A stretch of DNA of 64,000 nucleotides. Source: Octopus sinensis (taxonomy: Eukaryota). The notes beneath the pieces were generated by a model. It did no database searches, was not told the DNA's origin, and saw nothing but the letters and a program-made list of their open reading frames with translations. A program made the translations under genes and the position numbers. The stretch lies in contig NC_042998.1 in NCBI RefSeq assembly GCF_006345805.1, positions 133,548,001 to 133,612,000 on the forward strand, in the 5' to 3' direction. Below are positions 39,984-52,477 of the stretch, piece after piece (position 1 is the first letter of the stretch; every line of letters starts with the position of its first letter).

Positions 39984-40151
39984 GGCAGGAGTGGCTGTGT
40001 AGTAAGTAGCTTGCTTACCAACCACATGGTTCCGGGTTCAGTCTCACTACGTGGCACCTTGGGCAAGTGTCTTCTACTATAGCCTCAGCCGACCAAAACC
40101 TTGTGAGTGAATTTGGTAGGCGGAAACTGAAAGAAGCCCGACGTATATATG

Positions 40152-40203
<52 letters not shown>

Positions 40204-40425
40204 TGTGTATATATTTGTGTGTCTGTGTTGGTCTCCCCCACCACCATCGCTTGACAACCGATGTTGGTATGTTTAGGTCCCCGTCACTTAGCTGTTCGGT
40301 AAAAGAGATCGATAGAATATGTACTAGGCTTACAAAGAATAAGTCCTGGGGTCGATTTGATTCGACTAAAGGCTGTGCTCCAGCATGACCACAGTCAAAT
40401 GACTGAAACAAGTAAAAGAAAAGAA
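39984..40425 (+). mobile_element. Full-length CORE-type tRNA-derived SINE with internal (TA)n(TG)n
   Basis: GGCAGGAGTGGCTGTGTAGTAAG (A box), GGGTTCAGTC (B box), CACCTTGGGCAAGT (CORE motif), microsatellite at 40143-40200, tail GACTGAAACAAGTAAAAGA. Confidence 0.9.
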
Positions 40426-41493
40426 AAAAAAGAGAACGGAACAGAAGGGGTAAAAATTATATATGCCATACGTGGTAGAGAGGTTTGGAAGGATATTAAA
40501 CAGGGTGTAAAGCCGGAAAATTATTACAAAACAAATTACTTTATACCGGCTGCGAGAATGTGTAAGAATACAGTAGAATGTGATCTTTATAAGAAAAACA
40601 TCTGAGCTTCCAGAACTGGTATTATGAAAGATTAAGTTAACTTGATTTATTTTGATTTGTTTACCTTTTTATTTCAGTTTTCTTAAAGTGATTGAAACCG
40701 GTAGCTCTTTAATTTAAAAAGTAAATACTGACTTACTTTTTTCCAGAAAGTTCGCAAAGAATTTTCTTCTGATTTTATTAATATAAGTGTTTCTCTCTGT
40801 GTGTGTGTGTGCGCATGTATTCTATTTTAAAGTGAAAGTTTTAAATTATATATCTCTTTCTGTTACATTGGCCATATAAGTAACACGTCCCTCCGAGGCT
40901 CACTATGCACTTACAACAAAAGGAAATTAACACATACTAAGCCACACAACATGTAACGAATTTGGATAGGAAGACATTGGTTGAAAATACATCCCTATTA
41001 TATAGGATTTTCGGAATAAAAAAAAGATGCTTAAAGAAGGTTGCACGACGTTAAAATAAACGCACAGATAACATATACACCCATCACAAACAAATTAGGA
41101 AACAGTCGGATACATATCTAAAGGCTAAACTTCAAATATCAGCCAAAATATCTAACCCTTTAACAAAATAATGTCAGGGCTCTTGCTGTCACACACACGG
41201 CAAATATAAAGGATTTAGGAAATTTTATGTTTCAAACGTGTGTTTAAAGGATTCATATGAAAACATTCAATTACTTTATTAAAAAAGTGAGAACTGAAAC
41301 ATAGTCGTGTTTTTAACGTGTCTCATAAAAACCTGTTTTTGCAGAATAATACGATATATAATCGATTTAGTTTTGCTGTATATACTAGTCTTGGCATTCT
41401 ACAAGCTGAGAGTGCATGCGGGCGTATCTACATTTTCATTTTATGGAGACAACGACATAAAAGTATATATATGCATGTGTATGCATATATATG

Positions 41494-41547
<54 letters not shown>

Positions 41548-41566
41548 TATACATATGTGTGTATGC

Positions 41567-41598
<32 letters not shown>

Positions 41599-42214
41599 TT
41601 ATGTATATATATATATATATATATACAGGCACATGTATATGTATATATATATATATATATACAGACACATGTATATATACATATATATATGAATGTACAT
41701 ACGTTTGTGTGTATGTGTGCGCGCGCTTGTGTGAGTGTATTCATACATGATGCTGTAGAAACCATTCTACAGTATGTAGTCGAAAGACATCATTTGATTT
41801 CTTTCTTTTGTGAAACTTATTTCTTTCCCACTCAGCTCTGATAAATGGTTCAGCCGAAACGTTATTCTGCTTCTTTTTGTTTCTACACAGCTAACTTTTT
41901 TTTTTACTTTATCTTTTTTATTTTGTTTGTTCTTGCGTTAACATTTTGTTCCCTACCTTTTCAATTTTTCTCTGCCTATTGTAACCTCTCACGTTGTCGT
42001 AATTGTCCATCTTTCATTCTTCTTGTTCCATGTGTGCTTTTTAGCCCATATGTGTATATATATATATATTATATATATATTATATATACATATATATGTG
42101 TGTGTGTTTGTATATATATATAGGTACGTATGTATATATGTTTGTGTATATATATATATATGTATTTATGTGTATTTATACACACACACACATACATACA
42201 TACATATATATATA

Positions 42215-42249
<35 letters not shown>

Positions 42250-43044
42250 GATATATATATATATATATATATATATAATGTATTCAGACACGCAGTTTTA
42301 TAAGGCCACCGCTTTTATGTAACCAACACCAACGTCAGCATAGTCATTATAATTTTTTTCCACTGCCTCCACCGCAACCATCGCTCCCAATGCCACCATT
42401 AGTGCATCATCAACAATATTACTAGTCCATATGACCAGCCAGACTCGTTATTGTTTTAGCTAGTAACACCATTATGTTGAGATCTGGCAGAAATGTCCGT
42501 TGCTCACTAACGTTCACCACATTTACAAAAGTACACACACATACGCATGCACGCACGCACGCACGCACACACAAACACACACTAACAATAATACAACAAA
42601 ACAAAGACAAACACTTTCATATAAAACATGCCATGAAAAGTTAAAGATACAGCCAGATTCATCTCACTAGAGAATAACATAGGCACACACTCATTACAAG
42701 ACACACACAAACACACTGTGAAACACACGCTATCAAACACATAGGTGTATAGTCCTACAAGTGTTCAAATATACATATATGAACACAAAGAGAATTAATC
42801 TCCGTAGTTGCAAACACCCCACCGTTTCTGACCTATTGTTATGTCACGCAGAACATGATCAAAGCAAATCTCGCATTGTCAGTATTAATGCACGTCTTTA
42901 TGTCTGCATGTATGGATTTGCATTCAATATATATGTGTATGCACATAAATAAATACATACATACAAACATTCAAACTTGCATACATACATGGACATATGT
43001 GTATGTGTGTTTCTGTATATGTTATATAAGCACTTGTATGCATG

Positions 43045-43180
43045 TATGTATGTATGTATGTATGTATGTATGTATGTATGTATGTATGTATGTATTATGT
43101 ATGTATGTATTATGTATGTATGTATGTATTATGTATGTATGTATGTATGTATGTATGTATGTATGTATGTATGTATGTAC
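43045..43180. repeat. (TATG)n microsatellite
   Basis: Directly visible. Confidence 0.95.
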
Positions 43181-43386
43181 AGATGCAGAAAGAAACACAT
43201 AAATACACTCATATACATATATATACATGGGGAGCAAAATATTAATGTAAATACTAACATGTATGAATGCAAGTGTGCGTCTTTTTTTCTACCTCCCCGT
43301 CCTCTTTCTCTCTCTATCTTACACACTATCTTTCTCTTTCTTTTTACGTATGTGTATATACTTATATCATAAATACCTACAAATAA

Positions 43387-43780
43387 AAGGCGGCGAACTG
43401 GCAGAAATGTTAGCATGCCGGGCGAAATGCTTTCGGTATTTCGCCTGCCGTTACGTTGTGAGTTCAAATTCCGCCGAGGTCGACTTAGCCTTTCATCCTT
43501 TCGGGGTCGATTAAATAAGTACCATTTACGCACTGGGGTCGATATAATCGACTTAATCTGTTTGTCTGTCCTTGTTTGTCCTCTCTGTGTTTAGCCCCTT
43601 GTGGGTAGTAAAGAAATAGGTATTTCGCCTGTCTATACGTTGTGAGTTCAAATTCTGCCGAGGTTGACTTTGCCTTTCATCCTTTCGGGGTCGATTAAAT
43701 AAATACGCACTGGGGTCGGTATAATCGACTTAATCCGTTTGTCTGTCCTTGTTTGTCCTCTCTGTGGGTAGTAAAGAAAG
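43387..43780 (+). mobile_element. Dimeric Meta/MESC-like SINE
   Basis: Same two-module layout as 11960-12362; the second module starts GTATTTCG right after GTAGTAAAGAAATAG. Confidence 0.9.
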
Positions 43781-44664
43781 AGAAATGTATACAAATAAAC
43801 ATATAGATTTCAGTATAATTTGAAGTGTGCATATATCGACACAAACGTACATATACATGTGTATGGAATATAAGCGCTCATGCACTATTGTGAATTGATT
43901 CTGTTACATGCTTCTGCTATTGGACTGCAGTTAGACTTAGGTATTGTCCACAAGGTTTAGTCCCATGGTTTTAAACATGTGGGAAATTGCATCCCTTTGG
44001 AAGGGTCATTGTGAACTCAAAACTGTGTTGAAAAATATGAATATGACACCAGGTGTAATGATTCTTCTTGGAAAATACGCACACACACAGGCAGACACAC
44101 ACACACTCGCATGCGCGCGCGCACACAAGCACGCACACATACACGTACATACACACATATACACATATACCCGCATATATATATATAGGCATCAAACTTA
44201 CAAGCGCTAACATGCTATCTTAAATATCATAACCTTGTCATTGACATGTATTTTTACATTATCATTTTATATTATGTACGTATGTACATAATACATACGT
44301 ACCTTTATACATACATACTTATATATAACTGTGTGTGTGTATCTTTGTGTGTGAGAGAGAGAGTGTGTGTGGGGGGAGGGGTAGACGTGTGTATGTGTTT
44401 GCGCACGCATTTAAATTCAGAAAAGAATTGCATATATCTTCCCTTGTGAATAAATCTGGGGAAGGAGTGTGATTAATATAAAAGGAGAAAATTGGATACA
44501 CAGCTAACGTTGTCAGTTTCATTGTGACGTATACTCAATGTGTTATACGTATGTCTGTTATATACGCATGTATGCGAGTATGTATATTCGTTTGCATGTA
44601 TGCTTACTTACATGTATATAGTTATGTAAGTCTAGCTCTATGTATTTAAGCATGAACTTTGTAT

Positions 44665-44820
44665 TATGTATGTATGTATGTATGTATGTATGTATGTATA
44701 TATGTATGTATGTATGTATGTATTTATGTATGTATGTATGCATGTATGTATGTATGTATGTATGTATGTATGTATGTATGTATGTATGTATGTATGTATG
44801 TATGTATGTATGTGCATACA
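44665..44820. repeat. (TATG)n microsatellite
   Basis: Directly visible. Confidence 0.95.
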
Positions 44821-46149
44821 CACACACATACACACGAATAACGGCATATATGTCAGAAGAAATATACTTGATTTATTGAAATCAACCTGCTTCGAGAGAA
44901 GATAAACAAACACCTGGTCGTGATTGCAGCCAACTCTGGATGATAATCTCAAGAATCACCAATTCTCAAGAAACAACATGATGCTACTGAAATAAATACA
45001 GTCTGATTTGTTTGTTTTTCTAGCGATAAGGGGACAGCTGGGGGCACGTGATACTGCTTCAGTAGGCTTTATCAGCATAACGTTGTTATCCTGTCCTACC
45101 TTGACTCCAGTTAACATAAAACTTAAACATTTACAAAGTGTAGGAAACATTTATGGATAATCTGCATAATTAAAACAGTTATGAGTAAGACGAAATAAAT
45201 GACAGGAAATTGGGCAAACATAGAGACCTGCTCTACCTTGATTCCAAGATAGAACAACTGCAAGTTAGGGATGATTGAGAGGACTACGTTCGATTATGAA
45301 AAGAATAATTTAGACTCTATATGCTCATAATAATGAAATCCACACCGCTTTTTATGGATTTACGAAGTATCATAAAACCTACAGAGATCGTATTGCTGGA
45401 TAACCCACCCACCCTGTATGTATTGTTAACAATACTAACGACTACAGAGTATCATAGTTTTCTCACAAATTCTCACTTGTGGGATAAGATTGACTATAGA
45501 GATATGTGATAGCTTGGAAAGCCTACTCAACAAGACTGATGAGTATGACCCTAACTACGGTTCCAACTACTGCATTATAGCCATCTATTCATGCAAACTT
45601 TACCAGTGAAAAGACGTGTGCCATTAATTAGTGCCAGTAAAGAAGTATTCCTTAATGTCAATATTAAGGAACAAGCTGGCTGTATCACATCCTAAGGAAC
45701 ATTTTCGAGACATTGCTTAAAAATCTTGTCCGCGAAAAAGATTGAGTATTTCCTCTTAACTAGCCATTTTTAATTCATTCGTTAGAAATGTCTCCAGTGA
45801 ACGCTGGACTAGGTAAACTGGACCAGCCCAGACCCATTCATAGAATAACAGCGTCAGAAACCTGATAATTGCGCATTTCAGTCGTTGACATCCTTAAGGA
45901 CACTTTAAAAAAATACATATTTGGATTAAATAAAATAGTATTTTTAACAAAGTAAAGAAGTTACTGTCGGGATTGAAATTGCTGGAGAATCCGACCTTTG
46001 TGTGGCGCGATGGGTTAAAGAAGTAACGCGAAATTGAAATACATCTAATATTAATACAACACAGTAGGCAGCAAGCTAGCAGAATTGTTAGCACACAGAT
46101 GACATGGCAAGCGAACTTTTGAAGAAAAAATCAAGAATTTCCAGTGAAA

Positions 46150-46830
46150 TTGTTACAATATGGATATCAATTTAATGGTCATTTGATGAGATTAAATAAA
46201 TTTTGATAACATTGCTAACAAAAACATGGAGGGAGAAGCGACATATTAAGTTGTAAACAACGATACAACTCTACTGATAAATCACACTGGTAATATAGTT
46301 ATTGCTGATAGAATTAAAACCAATTATGAAATGCAAATAGCGGGAGAATATATTGGTATTAGAACTGGAAAGGGAACATTTCGTTGCTGTTTCTAACCAA
46401 CGTTCAGGAAACTTGAGTTGATAAAGTCATTTTAATGGTTCTGTACAATTTTTAACTCAATCCCATTTCTCAATCCCATTGTTTTGATAGCCTATCAAAA
46501 CAATTTTGATGAAGGTTTTCTACCCCAAAAGATGCTCAGTTCGTGCAGAAATGGGATTGAGTTAAAATTTTACAGAACCATTAAAATGACTTTATTCTCA
46601 GTAAACAGTGATTATGAAACTAATGCAATGGAATCAAGAGGAAACAGAAAGGCTGTATTATTTCTCATTCTGTTTCACATCTATGCTGAAAATGTAGTGA
46701 CTGAAGCTCAATGATATTTCTGACAGTACAGTCAAAATCGGTTGAAGAATGGTCACCAATTTCAGATATGCGGAACTATAATTGCTCTTATTACCGTTAG
46801 GCTTGAAAAATTTGAAGAGTTTATTATAGG
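46150..46830 (+). pseudogene. Highly decayed RTE-type reverse transcriptase fragment
   Basis: EMGLS*NFTEPLK*LYSQ and SRGNRKAVLFLILFHIYAENVVTEA resemble the RTE RT motifs MGIP.HLI.LI..LY and RGVRQG..LSP.LFN.YAE. Confidence 0.5.
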
Positions 46831-47551
46831 AAGAGGAAAAAAATATTCTTTTTTTCTTTTTCTTTTGGCTTCTTACTATTTAATTATTTTCCCTCTTTCT
46901 TTAAGACTTTAAGACTTTAATATGCAAGCGTACCATGAGATGGCGTGCCATAAGATTATCTCCACAATCAGTTATTTTAACTTCCCTGACAGATGTATAA
47001 ATAAATATTATATATTGTATACTGAAATATTCACTACAGCATGGCATGGCCAATACCTCAATTCGATGTTTGTGAAGCAAAATAATTCACAAATCAAATT
47101 ATGAATGAATTAGCAGGTAAGATTCTAAATGTAAAATTATATTAAATAAATACTATTACAACCAAACTGGAACAGAAAAGAGTAACAGGCCGACTACCAG
47201 ATATGTACCTATTGGTTTCTGAGACTCTTAGTCACCCATATGACAACAGATATTCCGCCATGAAGTCTATTTTAAATTTGGAGCTAAAATATTTTTTGGT
47301 ATTCATTTTATTTATACACTTTATTGTAATTTAACAGTCCTATTTCTTGTTTCTAAGATATAGTAGCCAGATAGTTAACATAGCATAACTGGTAAAATGC
47401 CATATTTGTGTATGTGCATATAAATATGAGTGTGTGTGCGTTCGCCAGTGAGGATACATGTACGCAGATATTTATCTATCTGTCTACCTCTCTTTCTCTC
47501 TCTCTCTCTCTCTCCTCTTCTCTCTTCTCTCTCTCTCAACATATATATATA

Positions 47552-47623
<72 letters not shown>

Positions 47624-47802
47624 TCAAAAGGTGACCGCGTGTGTACCGTTGGCGATTTTTTCCTCTGTCTCCCCTTCTATGTTTCCGACGAAGAGCTCCG
47701 CTCGAAACGTTAAACCCTCCTTCTTTCCTAAGCATCCAATAATACTATATTTGTTCCACGTCCTCGCGTTGTGTGTTTTTTTTTGTGCTTTCATGTTTGG
47801 AT

Positions 47803-47807
<5 letters not shown>
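47624..47807 (+). mobile_element. Solo Penelope-like pLTR-type element between (TA)n tracts
   Basis: Hammerhead motif plus ~90-nt tail ending GGATTAAC-(TA)n. Confidence 0.65.
47681..47715 (+). ncRNA. Minimal type I hammerhead motif, CCGACGA core variant
   Basis: GUUU-CCGACGA-A-GAGC ucc GCUC-GAAAC-GUU-AAAC: 4-bp stems I and II, palindromic ACGU stem III. Confidence 0.6.
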
Positions 47808-47864
<57 letters not shown>

Positions 47865-48619
47865 ATATATATATATATATATTATATATATATATATACA
47901 TATATATTATACATATATATATATATACATAACACACATACATAAATATATAAATATATATCATATGTATATATATATGGAATTATTTTGTGCTTTCATG
48001 TTGGATTAATTATATATATATATATATATATAGATATATATTACATATATAATATATATATATAATATATATACATGCACACACATATATATATATAAAT
48101 ATATTCATATGTATATATATATATGGATATATGTACATATGTATATATGCATGTATGTATGTATATGTATAAGTACATATCTGTATGTATACGCACACGC
48201 ACACACTTACACATAAACATTGTATGTTGAATTGTATGTTTTTGTCAGGTTATTATATATATATATATATCTATAACTGCGCTCACGCGTACGCGCGTGA
48301 GTGTGTGTGTGCTACTTTGCTGAGCAAGATGCAATTCAGTTTTTAAAAAAATATCCTTATCCTCTAACTTTCTTCCTGCGTTCGTAATTCACTAAAATAC
48401 GATACATCATTTATCTAGTATTTTGCACAGATACGATATGTCGAAACAAACTGTCAGCAACAACAGGTAATTGAATATACAATAAAAAAACAAATCTTTG
48501 TCTTGAATTGTTATATATTTCATTGCCTGAAACAATACTTCAGATATCTATTTGTTTGTTTTTTTTACACAAGACGGATTTGATAACACCATGTATGTAT
48601 GTATGTGTGTGTATGCGTG

Positions 48620-48651
<32 letters not shown>

Positions 48652-48903
48652 TATGTGTGTATGTACATGGTTTTATTAAATTCATCTAAATATATAAGGA
48701 TGTGAATGTGAGTGTCCCAAATTTTAACACGTCATGATGAACGAGTATCACCGTCATACATGCGGCGGCATTCTCTCAAATCTGCGGTCAAAGCATTACA
48801 AGCAACGAGAATATATTGCCTCAGTTGGAAACAAATAATAACGCGTTGTAGAAAATCTACCTCAACGAATACCATTTTAACCTAGAGGCACAGAAAAGTG
48901 ATG

Positions 48904-48956
<53 letters not shown>

Positions 48957-49391
48957 TATTATATATATATTTGTAAAAAATGAAGTTTGAAAATGCTGCT
49001 ATATTAGACAAATTTTAATTTAACATGTTTCGGTTCTTGAAATGACGAACTTTATCGAAAAAATTTTTTTATATATAATAAAGAGAGTCCATGCTATATG
49101 TTTAAAGAGTATGATGTAATAGTTCATAATTGTGACATACATTCAATAGAGTCAAATATAAAAAATTCATGTTCTTGAAAAGGCGAGGAGTTCATTTTAG
49201 ATTTTACCTTGTGTTCCAATGGGAGCAACAGTAATGATTTTTGGTCGGTGTCTGCTCGCATAATTTTGATAAATTTTGTGATTGTTGGATTTATATCAGC
49301 TAAGCTGTGGTCACTTGCACTGTTCACTGACGTCATATAGTTCCAAACCAATCAAAACCCAGTCTCAACGAATATAGTGAAAAGACTCCTA

Positions 49392-49690
49392 ACTGTATCC
49401 TGTTAGGATACCAACCAAGCGGAACGACAGTTTGGCCACGGAAGAAACACGTCATCATTTTTTTGACGAATCAAAATTAGATCTGACCCATGACTGTATC
49501 CTGTTAGGTGGCTAGTCCAGCAGAACGAGTAGTTTGACCACGGAAGAAAGACGTCATCATTATTTTAACGAATCAGAATCGGGTCTGACCCATAGCTGTA
49601 TCGTGTGAGGAAACCGACCAAGCAGGGTGACAATAGCTTGACCACTGAGGTAACACGTCATCAGTTTTTTGACGAATCAGGATAAGATCT
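49392..49690. repeat. Three diverged ~101-bp tandem units
   Basis: Units start (A/G)CTGTATC at 49392, 49493 and 49595; each contains CACGTCATCA-like...GACGAATCA-like motifs. Confidence 0.85.
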
Positions 49691-49930
49691 GCTCGCAGAG
49701 AAAGAGATCTTTTTATAAATTTTTCCTTCCCTAAGACATATCACTGTCAGCGTGAGTGACTGTTTAAGGATCTGAGAAATTGTAATTCGCCCCACCTCCA
49801 TTATTATAATTCTCTCACTGTGGCCGTAGCAACAGTGACCACGGTGGTTGTAGTAGTAGTGCGAGTTGGGGCAGTCGTAGTGGTTGTGGTAGAATTTCGT
49901 TTTTCTTTTTCGGAGGACCAATGTTTTGTT

Positions 49931-50305
49931 TTAATATTCCTGGCCCAGGGTGTTCAAACTTGGTCTAATTTTTTTGATGAAATAAAGTTCTTTATTTTGG
50001 CGTTGCGTGAAGGTTACGCTGTCACTGAATTTATAAAGTGGGTAAGTTGTAAATATCGGATTTACATTTGCAGCACATCTATCTATGTGTCCGCTGACCG
50101 GTATTTTCCGGTATTCAGGGTTTCTAATTTGTGATTTATGCACCGCCATCCTGTTACGTAAGCTATTTTTTGTATGGCCTATATACTGCCTATTGCAGCC
50201 TGCGCATGTTAAGACGTAAATTAAGTTTTCTGATGCGCAGGTGAAGTTTGCTCTAATGGTGAACAGATGGCCTTGTTCTAGTATAAATTCTGAACCTTCT
50301 ACCAA
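49931..50305 (-). CDS. GIY-YIG endonuclease domain of a Penelope-like element (C-terminal fragment)
   Basis: FTCASENLIYVLTCAGCNRQYIGHTKNSLRNRMAVHKSQI...RQNKELYFIKKIRPSLN. Confidence 0.88.
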   Translation of the reverse strand: MVEGSEFILEQGHLFTIRANFTCASENLIYVLTCAGCNRQYIGHTKNSLRNRMAVHKSQIRNPEYRKIPVSGHIDRCAANVNPIFTTYPLYKFSDSVTFTQRQNKELYFIKKIRPSLNTLGQEY

Positions 50306-50331
50306 GATGACACAGATTCCGCAATATATAT

Positions 50332-50468
50332 ATATTGTTGTATTTAGGAATGGTCATTTTGCCAGATTAGCCAATAGAAACACACGCACTATATATTTGG
50401 TGTTACTTTGTTTCAGCTTTATTTATTGGCTAAACTGGCAAAATTACCATTCCTAAATACAACAATAT
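50332..50468. repeat. Inverted duplication of a pLTR tail (45-bp arms)
   Basis: ATATTGTTGTATTTAGGAATGGTCATTTTGCCAG... and ...CTGGCAAAATTACCATTCCTAAATACAACAATAT; both match 24565-24610. Confidence 0.9.
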
Positions 50469-50534
50469 CTGTTTCAACACACGATTTCACATCAAAAACA
50501 AATATATAAACGTATACACACACACACACACACA

Positions 50535-51143
50535 CAGAGTGCAGTGAATATATTGTCGTCTGAATAACGCAAAAATGCAAAAATCACTGACATCTCATTT
50601 TAACAGTTATATTTATAAAAATTACATAAAAATATTTTGAAATGCTACAACAAATTTAATCAATAAAATCGCCATTGACTTCAACCACGGCGTCCAAACA
50701 ACTTCGAAATATCCCGCAACTCTTCTGGACGGTCTCCTTGTTTAAGTTGGTGAATGCTGTCATAATTCTTGCCTCCAGTTAATCTTTGGTATTACAATAA
50801 GTTTTCTTGCTCAGCTGTGCCTCACACATAATAATGAAGGAGGTTACTGTCTGAAGGAGGTTAGATGGCCAGATGTTAGGGGTGACGTGAACGGATAAAT
50901 TGTCTGACAGCGATGATTGGGTTCTCCTGCTTGTTTGGCATGCTGCGGAGTCCTATTGCCAGACATAGGTTCTTCTTGCAGCCACCCTCTTGATCCAGGG
51001 TAGCACTACCTCCTCCAGGCACTTGATGTAGGCCTCCGTGTTGAGTGTAAGGCTGTGTGGGATGATGAATGGCGGCATAACGTCGCCATCACTAGTGATC
51101 ACTCGAAACACCATGATGTTGACTGGCTGTTTGATTTTTATCC
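50535..51143 (-). pseudogene. mariner-like (maT/DD37D-type) transposase C-terminal half with 3' end
   Basis: PVNIMVFRVITSDGDVMPPFI, LNTEAYIKCLEEVVLPW, WQ*DSA, WPSN, FRSCLDAVVEVNGDFI; stops and frameshift. Confidence 0.85.
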
Positions 51144-52250
51144 CTCTGGGGTTGAGGCAGCCTCCTGGTTCATGTGAGTTCATAAGTAATATATATTTTT
51201 CTGCCATACACAATTTACAGTCTTGTTCCATTTCGATAGGGTCCACAAGTTTCCAGTAATTTCCACCTGATATTAAAGGGCGTATGATCGTTCTTTAGGC
51301 GCCATACGTATGCTGCAAGTGTCGTTGTGTTGTGTCTCTCCGGGACCCTGAAAGAAGATCTGTGGTTATTTAGGCGAATTTTAAATTTGGATTCACAAGA
51401 TCCGACATAAATTTTAGTGTGTGTCCCTGTATTGGCATTGATGTTACTGATATTTGTGCTGCTCCTGTTTGAGGATACCTATGGTTGGTACACTGTAGCC
51501 TCGGTGTTACATCGGCCATCCACTGGGCATTCATTTCTAATTCTGCATGAACAACCTGCTTCTGTTCGTGATTTAGGAGTGCTAAGTAAGTTTTTCTTAA
51601 CATTGGGTGTACAGCTGAAAGAGTTCCGTAAATTATGCCTGTTAAAGATATTTCTATATTTATGCAATCGCGTGAAATGCTTATCAACCAACATAAGAAA
51701 ACTCTTACCTACGAATGTCCGGACGTTTAGGGAGAAGGGGGAGCGAAACATAAGGTCTTGCGGTGGTGTTTCCTTTCATTGTTGCTCGATCCTGGTGTAT
51801 GTACTATATGGTCCTTGAACCCACTTGCCGCTAGCGCCTCATTGTAAGCAGGGGCCGCTGCGTCTAAAATATCTTTATTTGAAGATAAGATAGAAATCCG
51901 TTTACTGGTACCTTTTATTAGGTTTTTGAACACTGTGGGCGGGTGGAAGGAGGCTGTATTAATGTATGATAACCTGTCATTTGGTTTGCGGTATGGTCTA
52001 CAGGTGCCACTGTCTAAATCAAGCGTGACATCCAAGAAGCTCACCACGGTGAGGTTAGTCTCTATGGTGATTTTAAGGCCAAGTTTGTTGAGAGTTTGTA
52101 TGATGTCTTTCCTAAGCCTATCTAATGTAAGGCCGTTAGCGCCTCTGGAGTTGGCTAAGGCATCATCTCTATATAAACCGAAGTGGACAGAGGGGAATTT
52201 ATTACTCAGGGTGTCCAGAATATAAAACCCTGTAAGGTCGTAAATATCTG
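51144..52250 (-). mobile_element. Penelope-like element fragment (RT C-terminus plus decayed GIY-YIG), a family distinct from 49931-50305
   Basis: GLYRDDAL, VSFLDVTLDL, YRKPND...HPP; CSCR..CPVDGRC; IRWKLLE; CKLCMAEKY. Confidence 0.9.
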
Positions 52251-52477
52251 TTTCTTTATTACCCACAAGGGGCTAAACACAGAGAGGACAAACAAGGACA
52301 GACAAACGGATTAAAGTCGATTACATCGACCCCAGTGCGTAACTGGTGCTTATTTAATCGACCCCAAAAGGATGAAAGGCGAAGTCGACCTCGGCGGAAT
52401 TTGAACTCAGAACGTAACGACAGACGAAATACGGCTACGCATTTCGCCCGGCGTGCTAACGTTTCTGCCAGCTCACC
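52250..52477 (-). mobile_element. Meta/MESC-like SINE monomer
   Basis: Reverse complement of the first module at 11960-12190. Confidence 0.9.

Larger units (their letters stand above)
48975..50320 (-). mobile_element. 5'-truncated Penelope-like element (Neptune-type GIY-YIG) with long 3' region
   Basis: GIY-YIG ORF, then tandem repeats, a decayed hammerhead-like motif and (TA)n, read on the minus strand. Confidence 0.7.

Noticed and set aside
45536-45570. CTGATGAG with a possible 3-bp stem
   Set aside because: Followed by GGTT instead of GAAA.
48260-48305. Hairpin CGCTCACGCG-TACG-CGCGTGAGTG
   Set aside because: Derived from (CG)/(CA)/(TG) simple repeats, which fold trivially.
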